A DNA stretch of 64,000 nucleotides from positions 172,078 to 236,077 of the forward strand of contig JAPLME010000006.1 of NCBI GenBank assembly GCA_026387175.1. Reading direction: 5' to 3'. Shown piece by piece: positions 38,863 through 47,290 of the stretch; the stretch's first letter is position 1, and every line of letters starts with the position of its first letter. This DNA comes from Candidatus Omnitrophota bacterium. Its GTDB lineage: Bacteria; Omnitrophota; Gorgyraeia; 2-01-FULL-45-10. The position numbers were made by a program, and so were the translations under genes. The notes under the pieces are model-generated. The model made no database searches. It was given only the letters and a program-made list of their open reading frames with translations, and was not told the DNA's origin.

Positions 38863-40420
38863 TTTGTCGCATTCCTCCTTTTTTTTGCTTTTTTTCTACA
38901 ATAGAATGATTTTTTATAAACGGAAGGTAAAGAGTGGCTATTGTCCCTTTGCCCGGCGAGCTTGAGAGATCCATTTTACCGTTATGAAGATTTATTATCT
39001 GTTTACAGACAGGCAGGCCCAAGCCTGTACCGTTGGCTTTCGTGCTATGAAAAGGCTCATAAATATGGCCAAGCACCTCGGGCCTTATCCCGGGGCCGTC
39101 ATCTTTAAATACGATCTTAAGCTGACCGCTTCTATGCGCCGATGCAGATACCGCTATGCCACCCGTCTTATTTTTAAATGACTCGTATGAGTTATTCAAT
39201 ATATTATTGAATACCTCCTGCATCTGTACGGGATCCGCTTTTAGCATCAGATCATGCGGACATTTGAATATTTTGCGTATGGTGACATCATAACCGGGAA
39301 ATATCGACTGCGCGAAATCAATGCATTCATTCAACAGGTCGCACACTTTTACGTTCTCATGTATCGGTGATTTTATGCTCGAATAAATGAGCAAATTCTT
39401 TATTATCTGGTCTGATTCCAGCACCTTTATCTCTATATTGCGGATATTGCTGTTAAGCTGAGGATCCCTGCTCTTCATCCTGATATTATAGGCCGCTATG
39501 CCTATAGCCGCCAGCGGGCTTCGAAGCTCGTGCGCGATAGTGGCGGCGATAGTACCTATATCGGCCAGTCTGCTGGCCCTGTCGAGCCTCTGCTGGGCGA
39601 CTAAAAGTTTTTGACTGCTCATCCTGACCAGGTTCTCAAGCTCCTCCTTATCCCTCTCCAGCACTTCCTCTGCCCGTCTATGGCTGGTCATGTCACGGGA
39701 TATACCCATTACATGCAAAACTTTGCCTTTATTATCGGTCATAGGGCTGAAGCGGGTATCCAGCCAGAACTTACTGCCGTGAAATTCGAATTCGCCAAAA
39801 GCGAAGACCGACTTACCGGTTCTGAAAACTTTTCCTATATCCCTCGTCAGGCGTGACGCTGTTTTGGGCGGAAATAGGCCGGGAAGGTGTTTGCCTATCA
39901 TCTCGCGCGGCTTCTTATTGAAATATGCCGCGCCGAAGGTATTTATATAAGTGATGATTTCCGCTTTATCTACCACGTATATGGGGTCTTCGGCCATCTC
40001 GGTAAGAGCCCTGTAACGCTCTTCGCTTCTGCGCAGCGCCTCATCGATGCGCTTACGCTCCGAAATATCTATGTTGACTTCGGCGACGAGCCATTCACCT
40101 TTCTCATTCTTGAACGGTACCGTCACAACCTCTATCGGCCTGTTACCCTCTTTGACGAGCGCCTCTTCGGTCACAATCTTCTTCTTTGTCTTGAACGCCT
40201 CTCTGACGCCGCACAGCGGACATCTCTTTTTTCGGCCCATGAAGTAAGAGTAACATTTTTTGCCGGTGGGGTCTCCCAACGTCTTCTGCCAGTAGGGGTC
40301 GATATATACTATATTGAGCTTCGAATCGATCACATCGAGGCCTATCCTCGCGGCCCCAAGGACAAGCTCGATCTGCTTCAGCAGGTTTAAGCTATCGATC
40401 TTCAATATATTATTCTTCAT
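38855..40420 (-). CDS. Cytoplasmic PAS-PAS histidine kinase
   Basis: PAS with KCY...CPLC, second PAS, AHELRSPL, NILNNS, DDGPGI, GTGLGL. Confidence 0.92.
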   Translation of the reverse strand: MKNNILKIDSLNLLKQIELVLGAARIGLDVIDSKLNIVYIDPYWQKTLGDPTGKKCYSYFMGRKKRCPLCGVREAFKTKKKIVTEEALVKEGNRPIEVVTVPFKNEKGEWLVAEVNIDISERKRIDEALRRSEERYRALTEMAEDPIYVVDKAEIITYINTFGAAYFNKKPREMIGKHLPGLFPPKTASRLTRDIGKVFRTGKSVFAFGEFEFHGSKFWLDTRFSPMTDNKGKVLHVMGISRDMTSHRRAEEVLERDKEELENLVRMSSQKLLVAQQRLDRASRLADIGTIAATIAHELRSPLAAIGIAAYNIRMKSRDPQLNSNIRNIEIKVLESDQIIKNLLIYSSIKSPIHENVKVCDLLNECIDFAQSIFPGYDVTIRKIFKCPHDLMLKADPVQMQEVFNNILNNSYESFKNKTGGIAVSASAHRSGQLKIVFKDDGPGIRPEVLGHIYEPFHSTKANGTGLGLPVCKQIINLHNGKMDLSSSPGKGTIATLYLPFIKNHSIVEKKQKKGGMRQND

Positions 40421-41759
40421 CTGATGCGCCTATCTTGCCGGTGGAAATGGCCGCTATAATGGCCGCGCCGTAACCCGAACCGTCTTTAGTCAACGTAATC
40501 TTTATCTTTCCGGATGAGCGTCCGGACAGCTCCCCGATAACTTCTTTTATCTTCTCGGAGAATCCGGGAAGCTTTTCATATACACTGCCGTCTATAGCGA
40601 TGGTATGTTTCCTTATCACATGCGGATCTATCTTAGTAACTACCGCAACTATTGCCGCGGCGCTGATACGCGCGGCCCTTGTAGAGATAAGCTCGCAGGC
40701 CCTTCTCACGACCTTTAAGTCTTCGAAGGACGGATCTTTAACACCCAATCTTCGCAGCAGAACTTTGGTATCGGCCAAATCGGAAGTTCTGTCTGCCAGA
40801 ACCTGCGACACAAATTCTCCCTTGAGTAACATCTTTTTATTAAACCCGGCCGGGGCCGCGCCTTCAAACAAGATCTTTTTAGATATGAGGCCCTTTATTA
40901 TAAGCCTGCACACTTCACCCAGATACATCCCGGAGACCATCTTCTCCAGCATCTGCGCGCGGGGGTTATCCGATTCTTTATCTAATTGCTCATCATAGCG
41001 CGTTGCTTTCAGTTTATTAAAATTACCCCACTCAATATTGATTATCATGGTGCCCGAATTTCGGCATCCGCCTCCCAGCTTCTTTATCTTATGGAGGGCT
41101 TCGACATAGCAGGCATTTGTGCCCGTTCCTATTATGACGCCGACATCGCAATCTCTGTCACTGTAGCTCCTGGCCACAAGCGTGCCCACAGTGTCGTTGG
41201 TAAGCGCCCTTACCGATATATTGCCGATGCCCTCTTCCTCAAAAGACTTTTTAAGCAGCGCCACGACATCGCGGCCTTCGACTCCGCTTGCGCCGAAACC
41301 TTTGGTCCATGTGACAAGCGTACCACTGTCTATACCGGTCTGCCTAACCGGAAAAGAAAATGTAAATCCAAGATCTATATGCTGTAACGGGCTGATCCTG
41401 TTTTCTTCAATAAATTTTTTAACCGACCTTGCGAGGAACCCGAAGAGTTTTTTCCCAGTGGAGGTTATATCTTTATTTCTAAGCTTAAATTTCATTACAT
41501 GATGGCCGGAGGAAATACCGCGGCCTTTAAGCGTCAAGCTCACGATTCTGAAGTTCGTGCCGCCGAGATCCAGGGCGATGTATTTACCTTTTTCTTTACC
41601 GGTGGGTTTATCGGCGTAAGTGGGGATCATCTTCAGGGAACTGAAGCGCTCTGATAGGCCTTTATCCATTTCGAGATGAAAATCCTTGATCATATCTCTC
41701 ATCTCTTCCCCGGATAACTCAAAATCTTTCTCGAGGATCTTTATCGCGCTTAAGCTCAT
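40410..41759 (-). CDS. Hexokinase (Hexokinase_1/2, eukaryote-type family)
   Basis: LKMIPTY, ALDLGGTNFR, LGFTFSFP, WTKGF, NDTVGT, GTGTNACY, NIEWGNF, EKMVSGMYLGE, DGSG.GAA. Confidence 0.93.
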   Translation of the reverse strand: MSLSAIKILEKDFELSGEEMRDMIKDFHLEMDKGLSERFSSLKMIPTYADKPTGKEKGKYIALDLGGTNFRIVSLTLKGRGISSGHHVMKFKLRNKDITSTGKKLFGFLARSVKKFIEENRISPLQHIDLGFTFSFPVRQTGIDSGTLVTWTKGFGASGVEGRDVVALLKKSFEEEGIGNISVRALTNDTVGTLVARSYSDRDCDVGVIIGTGTNACYVEALHKIKKLGGGCRNSGTMIINIEWGNFNKLKATRYDEQLDKESDNPRAQMLEKMVSGMYLGEVCRLIIKGLISKKILFEGAAPAGFNKKMLLKGEFVSQVLADRTSDLADTKVLLRRLGVKDPSFEDLKVVRRACELISTRAARISAAAIVAVVTKIDPHVIRKHTIAIDGSVYEKLPGFSEKIKEVIGELSGRSSGKIKITLTKDGSGYGAAIIAAISTGKIGASDEE

Positions 41760-42229
41760 CTCGATATCTTCGCTACCTTATATTTTAGAGTTCCGGCGGG
41801 CACCTTTATCTCTACTATGTCGCCTTCCTTATGGTCTAATAGGCCGCTGCCTACAGGAGAAGATACCGATATCTTGCCCTGCGAATAGTCCGCCTCTTCT
41901 TCGGCCACCAAGGTATATGTGATCTCACGGCCCGATTTGACATCCACAAGCTTCACGGTAGCTCCTACCAGTATCTGATCGGACGCCATCTGTTCCTCGT
42001 CGATTATCTGGGAGGTCGCCAGCTTGTTTTCAAGTTCCGCGATCCTTTTCTCATTCAGCCCTTGAGCCTCTTTCGCCGCGTCATATTCAGCGTTCTCGCT
42101 GATATCTCCATGGGCTCTCGCTTCGCCGATGGCTTTTGAAAGCGCCCGGCGCTTTACCGTCTTAAGATGCTCCAGCTCTTTGCTTAATTTTTCGTAACCT
42201 GCTTTTGTAAGGTGCGAACCGGATCCCAT
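41756..42229 (-). CDS. greA: Transcription elongation factor GreA
   Basis: ARAHGDISENAEYDAAK, ISVSSPVG. Confidence 0.97.
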   Translation of the reverse strand: MGSGSHLTKAGYEKLSKELEHLKTVKRRALSKAIGEARAHGDISENAEYDAAKEAQGLNEKRIAELENKLATSQIIDEEQMASDQILVGATVKLVDVKSGREITYTLVAEEEADYSQGKISVSSPVGSGLLDHKEGDIVEIKVPAGTLKYKVAKISR

Positions 42230-42248
42230 ATCACTCTTCCTCTTCTTA

Positions 42249-42905
42249 TTATGATGAACTTTTCAGAAAATTCGCCATATCGGCGGCAAGCGGCGATTCG
42301 AAAATCATCTTCCTGCCGCTGGCCGGATGAATAAATTCTATGCGTTTAGCGTGCAGCGCCGCCCTCTTGAAGCGCAATTTGTAATCTTTCCTGAACGCGT
42401 ACACCGTCTCGCCCACAAGCGGATGACCTATCGACTTCATATGTATCCGTATCTGGTTGGTCCTTCCCGTAATCGGCTGGGCTTCGATTACTGTGAAAGC
42501 GTTCCGTTTTTCCAGGACCGTATATTTCGTTACAGCGTCTTCGGCCCTGCCCTTATTCCTATTATAGATACAACTTGTTATAGTATCAAACCTTTTTTTC
42601 ACTATGCCGTTAACGAAAGCGATATATACCTTCTTCACGGATCTTTTGCGGAATTCTTCCATCACGGCCTGCTGGATGGCCTTGCCTTTCGCGTAGATGA
42701 TGAGCCCGGAGGTCTCTCTGTCGAGCCTGTGGCACGGATAAGCATTCACCTTAATACCGCGCTCATCCAGTTCTTGATTTATCAGGTCCGTAAGCGTATT
42801 GGTCTCTTTCTTTGGGGTGGGGATTACGAGCATTCCGGAAGGCTTATCGATAACCATTAGCTGGTCATCCTCATAAACTATTCTGTATCGCTTCGCTTGG
42901 GCCAT
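42249..42905 (-). CDS. RluA family pseudouridine synthase
   Basis: DKPSG, HRLDRETSG, TGRTNQIRIH, LHA. Confidence 0.93.
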   Translation of the reverse strand: MAQAKRYRIVYEDDQLMVIDKPSGMLVIPTPKKETNTLTDLINQELDERGIKVNAYPCHRLDRETSGLIIYAKGKAIQQAVMEEFRKRSVKKVYIAFVNGIVKKRFDTITSCIYNRNKGRAEDAVTKYTVLEKRNAFTVIEAQPITGRTNQIRIHMKSIGHPLVGETVYAFRKDYKLRFKRAALHAKRIEFIHPASGRKMIFESPLAADMANFLKSSS

Positions 42906-42975
42906 ATAGCATATATTATACCATATTTATTATCCAATTATAATATGGTGAAAACATCCTTCGCTCCCCAGGAGA

Positions 42976-43180
42976 TTTTTCGGCCAGCTTAGTAGTCCCT
43001 TGCGGGGTGGGTGTTGAGCGGGGCGTCGAAAGTCGCGAGCGGGCACGGATTTTTGGCCCTGGTATTCCTGTATGCCAAAAAGAGCGAGCGATCTTTCCGA
43101 GCGAAATTTCCTCGCAGGGGAAATTTTGCGTCCCCGCGATGCACCCACCCCGCAAGGGACAGACTATGAAGGCCGAAAAA
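42976..43180 (+). ncRNA. Putative structured ncRNA or MITE/REPIN-like element
   Basis: Perfect 19-bp IR (42995-43013/43142-43160), 10-bp outer IR (42976-42985/43171-43180), nested hairpins with G-U pairs on the + strand. Confidence 0.45.
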
Positions 43181-43194
43181 CGACAGGACTCGAA

Positions 43195-44361
43195 TTAGAG
43201 TAATATGAGGAATGCAACTGATGAGATGACCGCCATGGCGGCGCCGTAGATGAAGGGCGCGGATGAACCGATATGTGTCCATAGGAGGCCGGCTATGAGG
43301 CTGGCGAAGAACGCGGCAAATCCTGTAATGCAGTAATAGAGCCCTATTGCGGTGCCCATTACCTCTTTGCCGACAACATCTGCTACGAAAGCCTTACTGA
43401 TACCGTCCGTCATGGCTATGTAGAAACCATATATAAAGAATAGCGGCCAGATCGTAACCTTGGTAACGTATGCGCCGAACCCTGTATAGACAAACGCAAA
43501 TATCAGATAACCGGCCACCATCACCGTCTTCCTAGAAAGACGGTCTGAAATGACCCCCGCGGGAAGCGAGAGCGCCGAGTATGAGATATTATAAACCACA
43601 TACGCGAGAATTATAACGCCCGTGGTCAGCCCGATATCTTTGGCGCGCATTATCAGAAAGGCGTCGCTCGAATTTCCTATGGCGAATATGGTAGATATAA
43701 AAATAAATTTCCAGAATGTCGGGGAGAATTTCCTGATATTTATCTTCAAAGGGATACCTTCACCATGCGCTGAATGAGGGCCCTCCTTAAGCCAGAATAT
43801 CAATATGCCCACGCCGGCGAGAGCCGGCACAAGAGCTATCAGAAAAATCGATCTCAGGTCATCTTTGCAAACATAGAGAAGCCAGAACGCGAGCAGGGGG
43901 CCGAGACACGCACCGATGGTATCCATGGCGCGATGAAACCCGAAGACCTTGCCTCTGTATTTGGCTTCGCAGGAGTCCGCTATCATCGCATCTCTCGGCG
44001 AAGTACGAACCCCCTTGCCTATGCGGTCCACTACTCTCGCCAGAAAGATAAAAGGCCATGAATATGCCAAAAAGAACAGTAATTTCCCCAGCGCCGATAG
44101 AGAATATCCCCATATAACAAACGGCTTCCTCTTTTCAAAGAGGTCCGAAATGTAGCCGGAGAACGCTTTCAACACACTTGCCACGGCTTCCGCGGCGCCC
44201 TCGATCAGGCCCAGTATCGACATCGGCGCGCCTAGAACTGAAGTGAGGAATATCGGGATTATCGGATATAACATCTCGCTTGAGATATCTGTGAGCAGGC
44301 TTGTTACGCTGAGGACAACTACATTTTTCTTTATGCCGGTGAAAGCGCGTGCAGGTTTCAT
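43195..44361 (-). CDS. MFS transporter
   Basis: TDISSEM, GYISD, DRIGKGVRTSPRDA, FHRAMD, NSSDAF. Confidence 0.92.
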   Translation of the reverse strand: MKPARAFTGIKKNVVVLSVTSLLTDISSEMLYPIIPIFLTSVLGAPMSILGLIEGAAEAVASVLKAFSGYISDLFEKRKPFVIWGYSLSALGKLLFFLAYSWPFIFLARVVDRIGKGVRTSPRDAMIADSCEAKYRGKVFGFHRAMDTIGACLGPLLAFWLLYVCKDDLRSIFLIALVPALAGVGILIFWLKEGPHSAHGEGIPLKINIRKFSPTFWKFIFISTIFAIGNSSDAFLIMRAKDIGLTTGVIILAYVVYNISYSALSLPAGVISDRLSRKTVMVAGYLIFAFVYTGFGAYVTKVTIWPLFFIYGFYIAMTDGISKAFVADVVGKEVMGTAIGLYYCITGFAAFFASLIAGLLWTHIGSSAPFIYGAAMAVISSVAFLILL

Positions 44362-45386
44362 TTTATATGTTTGGTCTTGTAAGTATTCACTCTTACGTCA
44401 TATTCGTCTTCTATCTCGCCGATGATCTCCTCTACGAGATCTTCTAGAGTGACTATGCCTTGGACCTTGTCCTGGCTGTCGACTACAATGGCTATATGCG
44501 TATGTCCTTTTTGAAACTCTTTTAAGAGCTCGACGACCTTCTTCGATTCGTTGACGATCGTGGGGGGATATACTATATCCTGAAGAACAACAAGATCCTT
44601 GTTAGACGAGAGCATCAGCAGGTCTTTCATATTGATTATGCCGGATATATTATCCGGGCTGCCGCTGTAGACCGGTATCCTTGAGTAGCCCGACTCGAGG
44701 ACCTTGTTCAATATATCATCGATATTAGAGCTTGCGCTGATCGAAAATATATCTTTCTTCGGCGTCATCACATTCTTGACCACGGCTTCATGAAGAGCAA
44801 AAACTTTCGTGATCATGCTGTACTTCTCTTTTTGCAGGCTTCCCTCTTCCTGGCCTATCTTTATCATAGCCCTTATCTCTTCATCCGTAACCAGGGACGC
44901 CTTAGAAAGCGTTTTAGCTCTTATGGCCTTTAATATAGCATTTATGATCACCTCGAAGCCGATAACAAGCGGTGAGAATATTCTTATCAATAGCCGCATG
45001 GGCCGGGCGAAAAATAGCGACATTCTTTCGGAATAATTAGCCGCTATAGTCTTCGCGGTAACTTCGAATACTATTATAAGAAACGCGACTACGGCCGTAG
45101 AGACCACTATTTCCCATCCGCCCTCACCCATGAAACGTATCACTATGGCGGTCATAAGCACCGCTATCAGTGTACCAACGACACTGCTTGACACCAGAAT
45201 CGTGCTGAAGAAACGTTCCGGGGTCTCCAGTATCTTCAGAATGATCGCGGCGCGTCTTGAGCCTTCCGATGCCAGCCGTCTAAGCCTAAGGCGGCTCATA
45301 GATATTATAGAAATCTCTAATGCGGACGTAACAGCGGTCAGTATAAGCAGAAAAAGTATTATTATACTTTGCAGGAGTGCTTTCAT
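44358..45386 (-). CDS. CNNM/DUF21 + CBS (CorB/TlyC-like) protein
   Basis: DUF21 TMs, VMTP, YSRIPVY, GIVTLEDLVEEIIGEIEDEYD. Confidence 0.9.
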   Translation of the reverse strand: MKALLQSIIILFLLILTAVTSALEISIISMSRLRLRRLASEGSRRAAIILKILETPERFFSTILVSSSVVGTLIAVLMTAIVIRFMGEGGWEIVVSTAVVAFLIIVFEVTAKTIAANYSERMSLFFARPMRLLIRIFSPLVIGFEVIINAILKAIRAKTLSKASLVTDEEIRAMIKIGQEEGSLQKEKYSMITKVFALHEAVVKNVMTPKKDIFSISASSNIDDILNKVLESGYSRIPVYSGSPDNISGIINMKDLLMLSSNKDLVVLQDIVYPPTIVNESKKVVELLKEFQKGHTHIAIVVDSQDKVQGIVTLEDLVEEIIGEIEDEYDVRVNTYKTKHIK

Positions 45387-45407
45387 AGTTATCAGTGTCC
45401 CTGCGCC

Positions 45408-46001
45408 TTACATGGCGGGCTTCACTATCCCTCCTGAAATAATAAGTTTCACGCCGTCTTCGACGGATATATTCAGCTCCGTTACGTCTTCTCTGGGCGC
45501 CAGTATGAGAAAACCCGTCAACGGACTCGGCGTGGTGGCTATAAATACATGCAGCAGATCGCGCCCGGTCTTATCATTGGCCTCCTTAAAACTCTCATTC
45601 GTTATAAAACCTACCGACCAGATCCCTTTCGACGGATACTGCACCAATACCACTTTTTTAAACGCCGGACTGTCCTTCGAGATGAAAGAGTCTACTATCT
45701 GCTTTGCCGCGGGGTAAATGTTGCGAATGAACGGAAACTTCAAGAACCAGCTTTCGAGCGCGCGTATTATCCTTTTGCCGAAGAAGTTGGCCGCGGTAAA
45801 GCCCACGGCGAAGACTATCAGGATGCTTATTATGATACCTACTCCGGGTATGGCGAAGCCCAGATACTGTTTTATGTAAAAATTAACCACCTTACCGAAT
45901 ATTCCGTCTATAAAACGGAAGATTATGAAAAGGAAATAGAGCGTGATGAATACCGGCAATGTTATCAGAAACCCTGTCGCGAGATAATGCCTTATCCTCA
46001 T
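45408..46001 (-). CDS. DUF502 membrane protein
   Basis: VQYP, VFIATTPSPLTGF, IISGG. Confidence 0.88.
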   Translation of the reverse strand: MRIRHYLATGFLITLPVFITLYFLFIIFRFIDGIFGKVVNFYIKQYLGFAIPGVGIIISILIVFAVGFTAANFFGKRIIRALESWFLKFPFIRNIYPAAKQIVDSFISKDSPAFKKVVLVQYPSKGIWSVGFITNESFKEANDKTGRDLLHVFIATTPSPLTGFLILAPREDVTELNISVEDGVKLIISGGIVKPAM

Positions 46002-46014
46002 AATGACCTTTCTT

Positions 46015-47289
46015 TTATTTAAATAATTTAACCAATGGAGATACTATCATCGGGATCAGAAGCAAAGCGGTAAGCGTTATAAGTATTACGGTAGTTCCCC
46101 ACCCAATCACGTTTTGAAACTTATTGTTCGTGTATTCACCCATCAGCCTCTTATTATTTACCATGAGTATCATGGATATAAGCACCACCGGCAATAACAT
46201 CGCGTTTAATACCTGCGACCATATTGTGATAGCTATAAGCGGCGCGTTGGGCATCAATATGATCAGGCATGAGATCACTATGATAAAAGCGAAAAGAGTA
46301 TAGAATTGCGGTGCTTCCTTCAGGCTCTTATTTATGCCTGCTTCGAAACCGAATGCTTCGCAGACATAGAATGCGGTAGCGAGCGGAAGGATGGTCGCCG
46401 AAAAGACCGACGCCACAAAGAGCCCGAACGCGAATAACTCCGAAGCGAACGCCCCGGCAAAAGGTTTAAGCGAAATAGCGGCGTCCTTTGCCTCATTTAT
46501 CACCACGCCGTTCACATGCAGCGTGGCGGCGCAAGCGACTATTATAAAAAATGCCACAACCACAGTGGCGGTACAGCCTATTATGACATCCCATACGACA
46601 AATTTGTATTCCTCTATCTTGAGGCCTTTCTCCATGACGGCGGACTGCATATAAAATTGCATCCATGGAGCTATCGTCGTGCCTATCACGCCCAGTACCA
46701 GACTTAAATATTCCTTATTGAAGCTTACGGTGGGCCTCGCAAAGCTTGTGGCTATCTGCCCCCAATTCGGCTTAGCAAGAACGGCGGATATGATATATGA
46801 TAAGAGGCAGAAACTGAAGAATAAAAATATTCTTTCGGATATCTTATAATTTCCCTTAACTACAAGTATCCACACTCCTATCGCGACTAAAGGAACGGAG
46901 ATATATTTGCTCACGCCGAATACCATCATGCTGCCTGCCACGCCGGCAAACTCCGTAGCCGTATTTCCTATATCGGCAATTATCAGGCCTACGAATATAA
47001 AAAATGTGATCTTGACCCCGAAGTTTTCTCTTATCAGGTCGGCCAGGCCCTTTCCTGTGACAATACCCATCCTGGCGTTCATCTCCTGCACGACCATCAA
47101 CGCTATGAACGACGGTATCAGTGTCCATAGAAGATTATACCCATACATGGCACCCGCAACCGAATATGTCGTTATACCGCCGGCGTCGTTATCGACACTG
47201 CCCGTTATTATGCCGGGGCCCAGTATGGCGGCGAATAGCGCCATATTTTGCCAAAAACTTCGCTTGATCAGTTTTCCGTTACCGTTCAC
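46015..47289 (-). CDS. NRAMP-related divalent cation (probably Mg2+) transporter
   Basis: GPGII..VDNDAGG, QEMNARMG, GTTIAPWMQFY; next to an MgtE-N/CBS gene. Confidence 0.88.
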   Translation of the reverse strand: MNGNGKLIKRSFWQNMALFAAILGPGIITGSVDNDAGGITTYSVAGAMYGYNLLWTLIPSFIALMVVQEMNARMGIVTGKGLADLIRENFGVKITFFIFVGLIIADIGNTATEFAGVAGSMMVFGVSKYISVPLVAIGVWILVVKGNYKISERIFLFFSFCLLSYIISAVLAKPNWGQIATSFARPTVSFNKEYLSLVLGVIGTTIAPWMQFYMQSAVMEKGLKIEEYKFVVWDVIIGCTATVVVAFFIIVACAATLHVNGVVINEAKDAAISLKPFAGAFASELFAFGLFVASVFSATILPLATAFYVCEAFGFEAGINKSLKEAPQFYTLFAFIIVISCLIILMPNAPLIAITIWSQVLNAMLLPVVLISMILMVNNKRLMGEYTNNKFQNVIGWGTTVILITLTALLLIPMIVSPLVKLFK

Positions 47290-47290
47290 T

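Noticed and set aside
25026-40420. Possible genomic island between miaB and the hexokinase/greA genes
   Set aside because: Some genes look AT-richer, but no integrase, tRNA or flanking direct repeats were seen, and composition was not computed.
42249-42905. RluA motif GRTNQIR instead of GRTHQIR
   Set aside because: Catalytic HRLD is intact; a single substitution is not evidence of a new function.
42976-43180. RNase P RNA, tmRNA or SRP RNA identity
   Set aside because: No GAGGAAAGUCC core, no tRNA-like ends or tag peptide, no SRP helix-8 motif.
42916-43282. Short ORFs across the rluA-MFS intergenic region
   Set aside because: Explained by the GC-rich palindromic element; no protein features.
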